Assembly (NCBI RefSeq): GCF_006345805.1
Contig: NC_042998.1
Coordinates: forward strand, 22,258,001-22,322,000
Direction: 5' to 3'
DNA from: Octopus sinensis
Lineage: Eukaryota
Length of the DNA stretch: 64,000 bases
A program made the translations under genes and the position numbers. This document shows, piece by piece, positions 24,500-36,745 of the stretch (the first letter of the stretch is position 1; each line of letters opens with the position of its first letter). The notes beneath the pieces are model-generated. The model saw nothing but the letters and a program-made list of their open reading frames with translations, made no database searches and was not told where the DNA came from.

Positions 24500-25063
24500 A
24501 TGAGTCGATTACATTGATCCCAGTATGCAACTGGTACTTAATTTATTGACCCTGAAAGGATGAAAAGCAAAGTTGACCATGGCAGAATTTGAACTCAGAA
24601 TGTAAAGACAGAAAAAATGCCTGGCATGCTAACAATTCTGCCAACTCACCACCTTAAATAATCTCTTCTACAATTGGTACAGGGCCTGAAATTTGGCGGG
24701 AGGGGGTAAGTCGATTACATCGACCCCAGTGTATAAATGGTACGTATTTGATTCCCCCCCAAAAAAGGCTGAAAGGCAAAGTCGACGTTGGTGGAATTTG
24801 AACTCAGAACGTAAAGACAGATGAAATACTTATTTCTTTACTACCCACAAGGGGCTAAACATCGAGGGGACAAACAAGGACAGACATAGGTATTAAGTCG
24901 ATTATATCGACCCCAGTGCATAACTGGTACTTATTTAATCGACCCTGAAAGGATAAAAGGCAAAGTCGACCTCGGTGGAATTTGATCTCAGAACATAGCG
25001 GCAGATGAAATACCGCTAAGCATTTCGCCCGGCGTGCTAACGTTTCTGCCAGCTCGCCGCCTT
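24500..25063 (-). mobile_element. SINE family B cluster (short copy plus dimer)
   Basis: Three body modules; junction gaaatac|ttatttctttactaccc near 24830. Confidence 0.85.
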
Positions 25064-25551
25064 GAATGATAAAAATAATAATGACAATAATACAAATAAT
25101 AATAATCTTGATGGTTTATTTTTTTTTTTCTATTTATGACTTGATGATTTATATACAATTTGTATGAAAGACTTACAAACATCTTCGATGCATAATAAAT
25201 GCATTTACTTTCCACATTAAGTGATAAACAGAAAATGTTTACATAATTCCGAGCTATATTATTCATCATTAACCTGTATAGTTTTTCAACAAAAAGCTAA
25301 ATAGATATTTCAAGATATGTTAATAAGGGCTGAAAAGAAAAAAAAAAAAAAAATGACTAAAATTTTCTTCTTACTATATTTTCTCTCAGTTAAACCTTCA
25401 TTTTGCTACTTTCATGTTTATATTCAGCTTTGAATTTTAAAATTTCTTTTATTAAGATATTGCTAAATATTTTTTCCTGTTGACCATTTTTATCTTTAAG
25501 AATGAAATCTTATTTGTATTTGGTTATTTTGAAGTTTTGAACATATGTAAA

Positions 25552-25583
<32 letters not shown>

Positions 25584-25622
25584 TTGTATTCATGTATATA
25601 TATGTATATGTATGTGCATGTA

Positions 25623-25639
<17 letters not shown>

Positions 25640-25654
<15 letters not shown>

Positions 25655-25830
25655 ATTCATGAAAAAATAAAAGACGAAGACGGGTGTGTAAACAACAAAC
25701 AGATGTATTAGTTTAATGCTCAGGAATTGAAAAAAGTCATTTACGTTTCGAGCCTATGCTCTTCCACGAAAGGAACATAGAAAGAAACAAGGAGAGAAAA
25801 AAAATGTGTGTAGTGGCTACGGATCTTTCA
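25640..25830 (-). mobile_element. Penelope-type terminal repeat fragment with hammerhead-like motif
   Basis: ttacgtttcgagcctatgctcttc motif shared with 33975-34150 and 63318-63570. Confidence 0.55.
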
Positions 25831-26042
25831 TGGTGACTGCTGGACAGAAGGGTCACATAGGAGAGCGTAGAAGTAGGGGAGATAACAAAGTAAAATGATC
25901 CCAAATAAAGGTGCGCATGTGTGTTGGAGGTTGAGGAAGTGTTTCAGTGCACACAGCCCCTCTGGTAAGGGATCACCGTGTAAAGGCTCTGGATGTCAAG
26001 AGTGAAAGGAGAAGCATTGGTACCCTAGGCTAAAGAAGGTCT

Positions 26043-26595
26043 TCACCCATGTATGGTGTTGTTATCTGTTAGGTGGGATATGGAAGGTTTAATCCACTTT
26101 GAACTTTTAAACCCAAACCAAACGATAACAAGGGAGATCTACTGTGAGCAGCTTGAGTGGCTTAAGTCAGTGCTCGAAGAAAAATGACCATCTTTGGTTT
26201 CAAAAAGTGTTCTTCTATCAGGATATAGCTCGACCACATACAGCAAGGATGACATTCCAAAAGAAGGAGCAGTTTCAATGGGAAACGATGCCCCATCCAC
26301 CATATTCGTCAGACATTGCCCCGTCTGATTATCGTTTATTCTGTAGTCTTCAAAATCATTTGGATGGGAAAAATATGAATTCTGTAGACAAGGTCAGAAC
26401 AGTACTGGAGGAATATTTTTTGTCATAGATAAGGGAATTTTGGAAGAGGGGCCTTGCGAGTCAACCAAATAGATAGAAAAGTATTGTAGAAAATGATGGA
26501 GAGTATATTTTAGATCAAAAAAGAAGTTCGTTTATCTTCATTTTGAAAAATAACAGGAGTATAAAATAACCGGAATTATTTATAGGATGACTCAG
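26043..26595 (+). mobile_element. Mariner transposase 3' fragment (pseudogene) with right TIR
   Basis: WDMEGLIHFELLNPNQTITREIYCEQL..., QDIARPH..., PHPPYSSDIAPSDYRLFCSLQNHLDGK; stops and frameshifts; putative TIR aataaccggaattatttataggatgactcag followed by TA (26596-26597). Confidence 0.85.
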
Positions 26596-27435
26596 TATAT
26601 ACACAAATGCAAAAATACATATATATTAGTAATTATGAATATATATACATACACACATATACATATATATATAACTATATATATATAAATAGATGTGAGT
26701 GTATGTGTGTGCATGAATAGTCCTCTCCACCACAATCGCCACCAATAACCTACCCTTTTTTTTTCTATCAGTCACTAATTTTTTCTGTTGAATATTTCAT
26801 TCACAGTCTATGTTATGTTACCATTCCCCCCCTCCTCTTTCTTCCCTTTTCTACACTATTCCATGTACTTCTTAATGACTCATACATTCTATTTGGCACT
26901 GAACTTGGAATCAATAATATTTTAACCATTTTCTGTGTTTGGAATTTTTTTGTCATTTTTTCTTCTACTGAAATAATGCTGAATAAAATATATATTTTTC
27001 TTAACAAAACCCGTTTTTTAACCTTTTCATTTATTTTTTAAAATTGTTATTTGTGTATTTTATTCAGTTTATGCAATTCTATTCCATCCTGACATGAGAT
27101 GTATTCAAATTTCCACACTGAAAATTTATCATATTAGCTGTTTACAGTTCAGTTCTTTTGGTGGTCCATTGCAACACTCTGTCTGTCTGTCTGTCCTTGC
27201 AGGTTCTGCTGCCAGCTAGCTGTTTAATACCAAGTCAGTTCAGATTCAGTAGACCTCTGATCCATCATCTTCTGCATTGTCATCATCATCATCATCATTA
27301 TCTTTGTCTTCATTGTCATCATCCTCTTCTTCCTTCCCCTCCTCACCACCACCAACACCACCATCATCATAATCATCATCATTTTAATGTCCACTTTTCA
27401 TGGCTGTTACATAGGCTGGACTAGATTTGTGTTAA

Positions 27436-27775
27436 GGAAGGCGGCGAGCTGACAGAAACGTTAGCACGTCAGGCGAAATGCGTGACCGTATCTCATCGCC
27501 GAGGTCGACTTTGCCTTTCATCCTTTCAGGGTCGATTAAATAAGTACCAGTTACGCATTGGGGTCGATGTAATCGACTTAATCCGTTTGTCTGTCCTTGT
27601 TTGTCCTCTCTGTGTTTAGCCCCTTGTGGGTAGTAAAGAAATAGGTATTTCATCTGTCTTTACGTTGAGTTCAAATTCCACCGAGGTCAACTTTGCCTTT
27701 CATCTTTTTGGGGTCGATCTAATCGACTAGCCCCCTCCTGCCAAAGTTTTGGGCCTTGTGCCCAGAGTAGAAAAA
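27436..27775 (+). mobile_element. SINE family B dimer
   Basis: Head aaggcggcgagctgacagaaacg; junction aaagaaata|ggtatttcatctg near 27645. Confidence 0.85.
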
Positions 27776-28634
27776 TATATTTGTGTTAAGGTTAAGTTTT
27801 CTATGGCTGGATGTCCTTTCAGTCACCAGCCCTTGCCTGTTTCCAAGCAAGATATCCTCCACTCTACCCCGCCCCTAACCAGACGTGTTTTGCGCAAATG
27901 AATGGGAATGAAGGACACTGCTTGCATGACAGTGACACTCATTTACAACTATCACTTGAAGTCAAGGCAAGGAAACAGTGACAACCCTGTTGCTCTGTCG
28001 GGCTCACAACCATGAGGTAGTGAGATTAATTCCCTAACTGGGTTGTGTGTTCTGTTCTTGAGCAAGACACTTTATTTCACGTTACTCCATTTCACTCAGC
28101 TACAGAAATGAGTTGCGATGTCACTGGTGCCAAGCTGTATCGGCCTTTGCCTTATCCCTTGCATAACATCGGTGATGTGAAGAGGGAAGGCTGGTATGTA
28201 TGGGCAACTGCTGGTCTTCCATAAACAACCCTGTCCAGACTTGTGCCTCAGATGGGGAACTTCCTAGGTGCAATCCCATGGTCATTCATGACCAAAGGGG
28301 ATCTTTTTTTTTTATTCATGAGAGATATCTCTCAAACATTGAAGACCTTAAAATCTGAGATAAGTTCAAGTACAATGAAACAACAATCCTTATGAGGTGT
28401 TTCCAGCATGGTCGTGTAACTCGTTAGGAATAATTACTAAAGGATTTTGTCTAAAAAAAAGGAGGAAGACACATTTAATAATGTTTTCCTAGATCATTAT
28501 GTCTTCAAAAAATTGGGTAGGGTCATAACTGGAATGTCTCTGAACATAAGTCTACGCATTCAAGACTTGTAGGCTAAACAGCTATGGTGGCAAAAATGTC
28601 TAGTAAGAAAGCTGTTTGTTTAAATCGTTCTTTC

Positions 28635-28822
28635 ATCATCATCGTTTAACGTCCGCTTTCCATGCTAGCATGGGTTAGACGATTTTACTGAGGACTGGCG
28701 AACCAGATGGCTGCACCAGGCTCCAATCTTGATCTGGCAGAGTTTCTACATCCGGATGCCCTTCCTAGCGCCAACCACTCTGAGAGTGTAGTGGGTGCTT
28801 TTACGTGCCACCGGCATGGGGG
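28635..28822 (-). mobile_element. RTE 3' end fragment
   Basis: catcatcatcgtttaacgtccgctttccatgctagcatggg is the reverse of the tail of 13460-13912. Confidence 0.8.
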
Positions 28823-29172
28823 CCTGTCAGGTTTGATATATTCATATATCTTCATCATTTAGAATCTGTTTTCCAAGCTGGTATGGGTTGGATAGTTTGA
28901 CAGGTGCTGGAAAGGCCAAAAGCCATACTAAACTCTAATAGTTTGTTTTGGAATTATTTCTATGCGTGGATGCTCTTCCTAATGCCAACCACTTTACATA
29001 GTATACTAAGTGCTTTTTAAGTGATGCTAGTACCAATGCTTTTACATTGCATAAGCATCAGTGCTTTTTATGTGGCACCAGCACTGATAGGGTCACCAAG
29101 TGACTTGCAAAAGGATTACTCAATTTTTTTAGCAGAGTACATATTTGTTAACTTCTTTAAGGAAAAGGTTGA

Positions 29173-29214
29173 CAGTGACTTCAAAGTTTTGGTTAGCTCA
29201 CCTTCATCAAACTG
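29173..29214 (-). ncRNA. Decayed type I hammerhead ribozyme motif
   Basis: Minus strand: cagt-TTGATGA-a-GGT-gagcta-ACC-aAAAC-TTTGAA-GTC-actg. Stem I cagt/actg, stem II GGT/ACC, stem III near the palindrome ACTTCGAAGT, GUC cleavage triplet. Core changes C3>T and G12>A. Relatives at 20572-20620 and 37755-37806. Confidence 0.5.
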
Positions 29215-29622
29215 TAATTTATTTTGTTCTTCTTGAGGAGACCTATTGAGCCAAGTACATCAACATCAAAATAAATATCAAATGGAAATTGTAGTTGTGA
29301 TACCTATGCCGGGGGTGAATAAAAAGCACCATCCAAATGTGGCTAATGCCAGCGCCGCCTTGACTGGCTTCTGTGCTGGTGGCATATAAAAAGCACCAAC
29401 CAATCATGGCCATTGGCAGCCTCCCCTGGCACTTGTGCCGGTGGCATGTAAAAAGCACCCACTACACTCATGGATTGGTTGGCATTAGGAAGGGCATCCA
29501 GCTGTAGAAACACTGCCAAATCAGACTGGAGCCTGGTGCAGCCTCCTGGCTTCCAAGAACCCAGTTGAATCATCCAACCCATGCTTGTACGGAAAATGGA
29601 CGTTAAACGATGATGATGATGA
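29215..29622 (+). mobile_element. RTE 3' UTR-derived element with (GAT)n tail
   Basis: Homologous to 13460-13912. Confidence 0.85.
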
Positions 29623-31084
29623 TAGTGTGTGTGTGTGTGTTATTTAGAATATTTCAAGAAAATATTTTTGTCAAAGCTCAATTTCAGCAATAGAAATAAT
29701 CAACGCAATTTTAAATCAAAAAATACTGAAGGGTTAACAGTTTAGAAAGACACAAGGAATAAAAGAACGATCCAATTAGCATCTTTTGAAATGACTGTCA
29801 GAAACAATTCCTCTAGCTGTTAGACACAACATGCAAAAAGAAAAAAAAAAAAAAAAAAACGAAATCCAAAACATTATGGCAGTTCTTTTGGAAAGATGAA
29901 GCTAATTGCAGATAGAGAAATTGTACTTGTTGAAGAAGAAAAATTGCATTCTGACTTAAAACTTTCAGAAATCCTAGGGTTCCACATATTTATTTATTGA
30001 TGTCAGCTTTTTGTGCTAACAAGAGAGCTTTTGCATCGTTAATGCTTGATTTCCTAAATTTAGCTGTCAAATTTCTCTCAGCAAGTTGTCCCATTGCTTA
30101 CGGAATAAGAACTGTGTATGTTTTTAAGTGCTCAATCTTTTATGTTAAAGCTTAGAGATAGGGACAGGCATGTTTAGGGGTATTTGTAAAAAGGGGGGGA
30201 AAAACAAATCTGTTTTGTTCCGTCAGTCATTAATCTCCTCAAGGACTAATTGGAAGCTAACAACAGCAACAACAACAACAACAACTACTACGATGACAAC
30301 AATAATAATTACAACAACAACATCAATGACAGCAACAGCAATAATGGCAACTACAAGAACAAGGTTATGGATACTCCTCTTCTTCCTCCCTATCCTCCTC
30401 CTCCTCTCCTGCCCAGTTCTCCTCCCCTCCTCCTCTCTCACCCTGTTCTCCTTCCCACCTTCCTCTTCTCTCCCTCCCTCCCTCCCTTCCTTCCTCTTCT
30501 TTCATTGCCTCTTCTCTCCCTCTGTGTTCTCCTCTCCTCTTCCTCCTCCCACCAAGACAAAGGTTGATTGGTGGTTGTGGTAGGAGGCAATAATTTATAT
30601 TGGCAGAGAGATTAAGGCATTAAGTTCATGACTTATAATAGAAGAGTTCAAATCCAGGCAGTGAAATTGCATTATATTCTTAGGCAAGATACTCCTATAT
30701 AACGACTGAGCGGAAATGTCCTGTAACTCTCAATATTCACTGGAATTACTCTTTCAAACAGTGTCTTTGAATCATGTGTTGAGAGTAAACCCACTCTGTC
30801 ACGAATTGAAACCATACTCGAGGAATTTAACATTACTCATAAAAAGATTTGAACCTTCTTTAAGAAACTAACATCAGAAAGGCTATCAAGCTGGGAAACA
30901 GGCCCTAAACACTTGCAGTGGCTCTGTGGTAAGAAGTTTGCTTTCCAACTACATAGTTTCAGTTTCAATCCCATGGTGTGGCAACTTGGGCCAATGTCTT
31001 TTACTATGGCTTCAGGATGACCAAAGCATTGTGAATGGATTTGGCAGATGGAAACTGAAAGAAACCTGCCATAGATATATCATT

Positions 31085-31985
31085 ATCATCATTTAACGTC
31101 CGTTTTCCGTGCTAGCACGGGTTGGACGGTTCTGATCTGGCAGAGTTTCTACGGCTGGATGCCCTTCTTAACGCCAACCACTCCGCGAGTGTAGTGGGTG
31201 CTTTTCACATGCCACCTGCACAGGTGCCAGGGGGGGTCCGGCATCGGCCACGATCGGTTGGAGCTTTTAAAGTGCCACCGGCACGGAAGCCAGCCAAAGC
31301 AGCGCTGACAACGGCCACGTTCGGATGGTGCTTTTTATGTGCCACCGGCACAGAAGCCAGTCGAGTCGGTGCTGGCTACGGCCACGTTTGGATGGTGCTT
31401 TTTATGTGCCACCGGCACAGGTATCACAACTACTATTTCCATTGATATTTATTTCGATTTTCATGTTCATGTACTTGACTCAACAGGTCTCCTCAAGCAC
31501 AGCGGGACGTTCTGGGATCCAGGGTACTTTGAATGGGCAGGGGCTATGTGGAACTGGTGCAGGAAGCAGCCCGGGTCTTTGCAGTCACAGCATATCTCCA
31601 GAGATCTCGGTCCTTCGCCATTGCCTCAGTGAGGCCCAATGCTCTGAGGTCATGCTTGACTGCCTCATCCCATGTCTTCCTGGGTCTACCTCTTCCCCTG
31701 ATACCTTCAACTGTTTGGGAGTGGCACTTCTTCACACATCTCTCCTCATCCATCCGCAGTACATGACCATACCATCGCAAGCATCACTCTTGCACACCAC
31801 ATCTGATGCTTCTCTCAGCATTTCTCTCAGGGTGCTTACACTCTGTCGTGCATGCACACTGACATTACACATCCAGCGGATCATGCTAGCTTCATTTCTT
31901 TCAAGTCTACGCATGTCCTCTGCAGTCACAGCCCATGTTTCACTACCGTGAAGCATGGCAGTTCGCACACATGCATCATACAATC
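31085..31985 (-). mobile_element. 5'-truncated RTE-clade LINE (RT C-terminus plus 3' UTR plus tail)
   Basis: RLYDACVRTAMLHGSETWAVTAEDMRRLERNEASMIRWMC... / MRWYGHVLRMDEERCVKKC...GRGRPRKTWDEAVKHDLRALGLTEAMAKDRDLWRYAV, followed by the 3' UTR repeats and gttaaatgatgataatgat. Confidence 0.92.
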
Positions 31986-32259
31986 TAGAGAGAGAGAGAG
32001 AAAAAAAATAAGGAAATGGAGATATAGCATTTAATAAAAATTTATTATCTGCAAAAATCAAACAGTCCCTTACAGCTGTTTCAATTAAGCCTAAAAAATT
32101 TAAATAGCAATTATCAAAATCATTATATTAGGCAAAATCTCTTCAGATGGGTAGAAGAAAGATATACCGTTGGGTTTTTGTATGTTGTATTTTAGATACC
32201 ATCCCTTAATTAAGGCTAATTTAACTTCTCGTAGAATATACACACACACACACACATAT

Positions 32260-32751
32260 GTGGAGGCACGTGGCCTAGTGGTTAGGGTGTCAGCATCATG
32301 ATCATAAGAGTGTGGTTTCGATTCCTGGACCAGGCGACGCGTCGTGTTCTTGAGCAAAACACTTAATTTCACATTGCTCCAGTCCACTCAGTTGGCAAAA
32401 ATGAGTAACGCTGCGATGGACTGGCATCCCGTCCAGCTGGGGAACACAGACCATAGAAACCAGGAAACTGGGCCCATGAGCCTGGCTAGGCTTTAAAAGG
32501 GTGCATTTATTTGTAGAGGCACATGGCTTAGTGGTTAGGGTGTCAGCATCATGATTGTAAGATTGTAGTTTCGATTCCTGGACTGGGCAACGCATTGTGT
32601 TTTTGAGCAAAACACTTCATTTCACATTGCTCCAGTCCACTCAGCTGGCAAAAATGAGTAACACTGTGATGGACTGGAGTCCTGTCCAGCTGGGGAACAC
32701 ATACGCCAAGGAAACCAGGCCCATGAGCCTGGCTAGGCTTTAAAAGGGTGC

Positions 32752-32752
<1 letters not shown>
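32260..32752 (+). mobile_element. Two head-to-tail SINE family C copies
   Basis: Units 32260-32510 and 32511-32752, each with a tRNA-like head (A box tggcctagtgg, B-box-like ggtttcgattcc) and ending ctttaaaagggtgca. Confidence 0.88.
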
Positions 32753-32784
<32 letters not shown>

Positions 32785-33974
32785 ATATATATATACATAG
32801 AGAGAGAGAGAGATACATAAAGTATAGTAAGGAACGGAAAAATAGAAGTGTAGCCGTTACTTTATTCCAAGTTGGTGCATATATTCAATAAAAACTCTAC
32901 AAGTTGTTTCAAAGACTAATTAATTCAAAACAAAATGAAATATAATCCTTTTGAAATCATATAGTGTATCTGTGTGTATGTGTCTATGTTTGTGTCACCC
33001 AAGCGTTGTTTGACAACTGGTGTTGGTGTGTTTACATCCCCATAGTCTAGCAGTTCATCAAAAGTGACCAATAGAACAAGTATCAAGCTTTAAAAAAAAG
33101 CAAAATAAGTACTAGAGTCAATTCATCAAACTAAAAATCTCATCAAGGTGATGCCCCAGCATGGCCGCAGTCCAACGACTGAAACAAGTAAAGGATAGAA
33201 GAAAAGATGAATTAGCAGAACTAGCTAAAGCAATGAAAGAAAGAAACGTTAAATATTTTAAAACCATTCATATTTACTTTTCTTTGTGAATCACAGACAA
33301 GAATATGCCAGAAGAATATGTTGCTAGTTGAGTTTGCTTGTTACTGTGCTGGAAATAATGTGCTGTGAGCTTATAAGCTGACACTTCTAATGCACTTCGT
33401 GTCTTTCATGCAAATCAAAAAAAGAAACATGGATTCTTAATATCAAAATTTATTGTTATACGAGAGCTGTAGATGACCAAGACAGTAAGTATAAGATAAG
33501 ATGCTTTCTTATTTAATGAATGGTTGTTGTTGCTGCATTAATAATGAAATAAATGGGAAGATGGATTAATGGGTGAGAGAGAAGTCATTGCCTTCCTTTT
33601 ATAAAGGTTTATTGCTGAAAGAGTGTATTGGACATGACCATCCGATGAGGAGCAACAAAGTAACAAGAGAAAGTCCTTTACATGCAGTAGTTTTGTTGGA
33701 CAGCTTCTGTAGTTATGGATAGATGGAACATGACTGTCACAACTAATACATAAATCTAAAGAGGGTTTAATGCATGAAAGTATTAGTTTTATCACAATAA
33801 ATATATAATATTGTAATATTGTAATATTGTAAAAACTGTAAATAATATAACGTGAAAATCAGACTAAGTTGAAATTTATTGATTGATATATTCTTCTGTA
33901 TACAGTCATACAAACTCGGATGTATGTATGTATATATATATAAACCTGTCATATATATACACACACATATATAT

Positions 33975-34150
33975 ATTGGGAGAATCCATGAAAAAAACAA
34001 AAGACGAAGACAGGTGGTGTAGAAAACAAACAGATGTATTAGTATAACGCTCGGGAATTGAAAAAGTCTTTTATGTTTCGAGCCCATGCTCTTCTACAGA
34101 AAGGGACACAGAAAAAACAAGGAGAGAAAAAATGTGTGTAGTGGCTATTC
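33975..34150 (-). mobile_element. Penelope-type terminal repeat fragment with hammerhead-like motif (34066-34108)
   Basis: Minus strand: gtccctttCTGTAGAA-GAGC-atgg-GCTC-GAAAC-ATA-aaagac. Confidence 0.55.
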
Positions 34151-34340
34151 AATATAAAATAGTGCACATTTAAACACAAAGAGAAATTATCTATAACGGG
34201 CAATTTCTACATGCTAGGAGAGAGTCAAAACGACGAAGACCACAGAAAAAATTTAAGCAATTTCAAAGGGAATGAAAAATAAAAACTTTTAACTTGCTTT
34301 TTTTTATTTTTCATTCCCTTTGAAATTGCTTTGGTGAGAG

Positions 34341-34700
34341 ATAAATATTAAATAATATATGCAGTAGATATTTTTGTGAGCAACAAATAGTTTCATGTGA
34401 TGAAAACATCTCAGACAGCATTTTTAACATGTCTGGTGCCTTCATACAATCATCAGGCTGTGCGCGTGTATACACACATACACATGCACAAATGTGCAAG
34501 GAGTGTGTGAATGAATGAATGAATAAATATTAAATAATATATGCAGTAGATAATTTTGTGAGCAACAAATAGTTTCATGTGATGAAAACATCTCAGACAG
34601 CATTTTTAACATTTCTGGTGTCTTCACACAATCATCAGGTTGTGTGCGTGTACACACATGTGCACAAGTGTGCAAGGAGTGTGTGAATGAATGAATGAAT
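34341..34700. repeat. Tandem duplication, about 180-bp unit x2
   Basis: ataaatattaaataatatatgcagtagata...gcaaggagtgtgtgaatgaatga occurs twice. Confidence 0.9.
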
Positions 34701-35400
34701 GAATGAATGCAAGTGTCATCTGCTGTTGTGTGGTTTTAAAGTTAGCAGTGCTAACTTCAATCATTTGTGTTACAGACACATCACCTTCACAAGTACCTGA
34801 TTCTTGAACAGCGTCAAATATTGAACTTCGCCTAACTTAAAACCCAACTGTCCACCTTTGGTTCTCCTCAATGTCCGTCTTTTTTTTTCTGTGTCTGGTT
34901 CTTGGACATGTCACTCTCTTTATCATAAGGCCAGTGAAATGACTTCTGGGCTGGTGGGAGCAAATTTACATCAACAAGCAATGACCAACTGGGCTGTTAT
35001 CTGTGTAATATCGTCTGTAGAAGAAGAGGTACCACAATGAATGCCGTGTATCAATGTCTTAGTTTGGCTGTACCATGGGGAACCTCAAAGTGGTGACTCT
35101 TCCTCATGCATTCCAGGAGGCTACCATTTATATTCTCCCACAGTTCCTGTCATGCAATGCTAACAATGTCCAACAATGTCCATAACTCCCTATCTATTAA
35201 ACCCATAGAGTATCTCGAAACATCACAAAAATCAGATTGGATAGAACCTTAGTAATGTTATCACTTGAAAACCTTCTGTTGCTTTACATATAATTTTATA
35301 GTCTACATTTTTGTTGACATCAGTCCTCAATCTTCCAAAATTCTGGTTGTTGTTAATAAAGAATTTACTGATGGGAAACAAAAGATTCCAGGTTCAAATC

Positions 35401-35628
35401 ATCATCATCTTTGTTTAACGTCAGCTTTCCATGCTAACATGAGTTGGACGATTTTGACTGAGGGCTGGCAAACCAGATGGCTGCACCAGGCTCCAATCTT
35501 GATTTGGCAGAGTGTAGTGGGTGCTTTTTACGTGCCACTGGCACAGGGTCCAGTCAGGCAGTACTGGCAATGACCTTGCTTGAATCTTTTTACACATGCC
35601 ACCAGCACAGGTGCCAGTAAGGCGACGT
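35401..35628 (-). mobile_element. RTE 3' end fragment with about 27-bp flanking duplication
   Basis: Tail atcatcatctttgtttaacgtc; flanks ggaaacaaaagattccaggttcaaatc / ggaaacaaaaaattccaggatcaaatc. Confidence 0.75.
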
Positions 35629-35766
35629 TGGAAACAAAAAATTCCAGGATCAAATCAAAATATAGAAAAGAATTTACTGGTTGGAAACAAAAAAATTCCA
35701 GGTTCAAATCAAAATATAGAAAAGAATTTACTGGCTGGAAACCAAAAATTCCAGGTTCAAATCAAA
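35629..35766. repeat. About 54-bp tandem repeat x2.5
   Basis: ggaaacaaaaaattccaggntcaaatcaaaatatagaaaagaatttactggnt repeated. Confidence 0.9.
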
Positions 35767-36374
35767 GCATAGACCTGCTGGACTACAATGACTTCAAATG
35801 TTGGTATTTCTTTTAATCCATCAAAGTCTATCACATGAGTATTGATCAGGTATTGGAGCACACTAAGTCCCTTGTATCCTACCCTTATAAAAAGATTGAC
35901 TTTGTGCCTAAGACGAAAGAAATCAATACTTAAAATATACAGAAAAGTTCATTTACTTGTAAAAGGGGTTTAAGAGATATCTTGAGAAGTCAACCTTTGT
36001 TTTTTATTGCATGTGTTGAACAGGAAAAATATTGTACGTATCTTCAACTATGCCTAACATAAGCTTGGATTGAGCGTACTATTGAACTATTGAACTATTG
36101 ATACAAATATAGTTTTCCATTATAAAGATAATTCCACGGCTTAAATAAGATGGTAAATCTGAAGCATGTCTCAGAAAATACAGTGATCCTTCAAATGCAT
36201 ACAATATTGATTATATTTGCCTTTATTTATTTTTTTCAAACTTGCAATAAAAATAATATCTGGATAACTAAAAAAAAAAAGATTAAAAAAAAAAAGAGTT
36301 GACTTCTTGAATGAAATTTACTGTATAATCTGTACTGACAGGAAAGAAATTCCATCTTCTCTTAGAATCAGGTT

Positions 36375-36745
36375 TTTTCTCCTCCTCCTCCTCCTCCTCA
36401 TCATCATCACAGTCATCGTCATTGTTGTTGTTGTTGTTGTCATCATCCTATCCTCCTCATCATCATCATTTTCGTCATCATTGTTGTTATCATCACCATC
36501 ATCATCGTCGTAGTCATCATCATCGCCATCGACATCATCTTCTTCCTCCTCCTCCTCATCGTTATCATCATCATCCTCCTACTCATCATTGTTGCTATCA
36601 TTGCCATCATCATAAACATCATCATCGTAGTTACCCTCATCATTACCATCATCGTCATCATCATCATTATCATCATCATTGTCATCCTCCTCCTCACTGT
36701 TATCATCATCATTATTGTCACCATTATCATCATCATCATCCTTAT
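36375..36745. repeat. Degenerate (CAT)n/(CCT)n microsatellite
   Basis: Direct reading; source of the poly-His/Asp/Met ORFs. Confidence 0.95.

Noticed and set aside
31325-31951. 208-aa minus-strand ORF as a host gene
   Set aside because: This ORF overlaps the RTE LINE fragment and its 3' UTR repeats; the real coding frames are the RT fragments at 31544-31780 and 31732-31985
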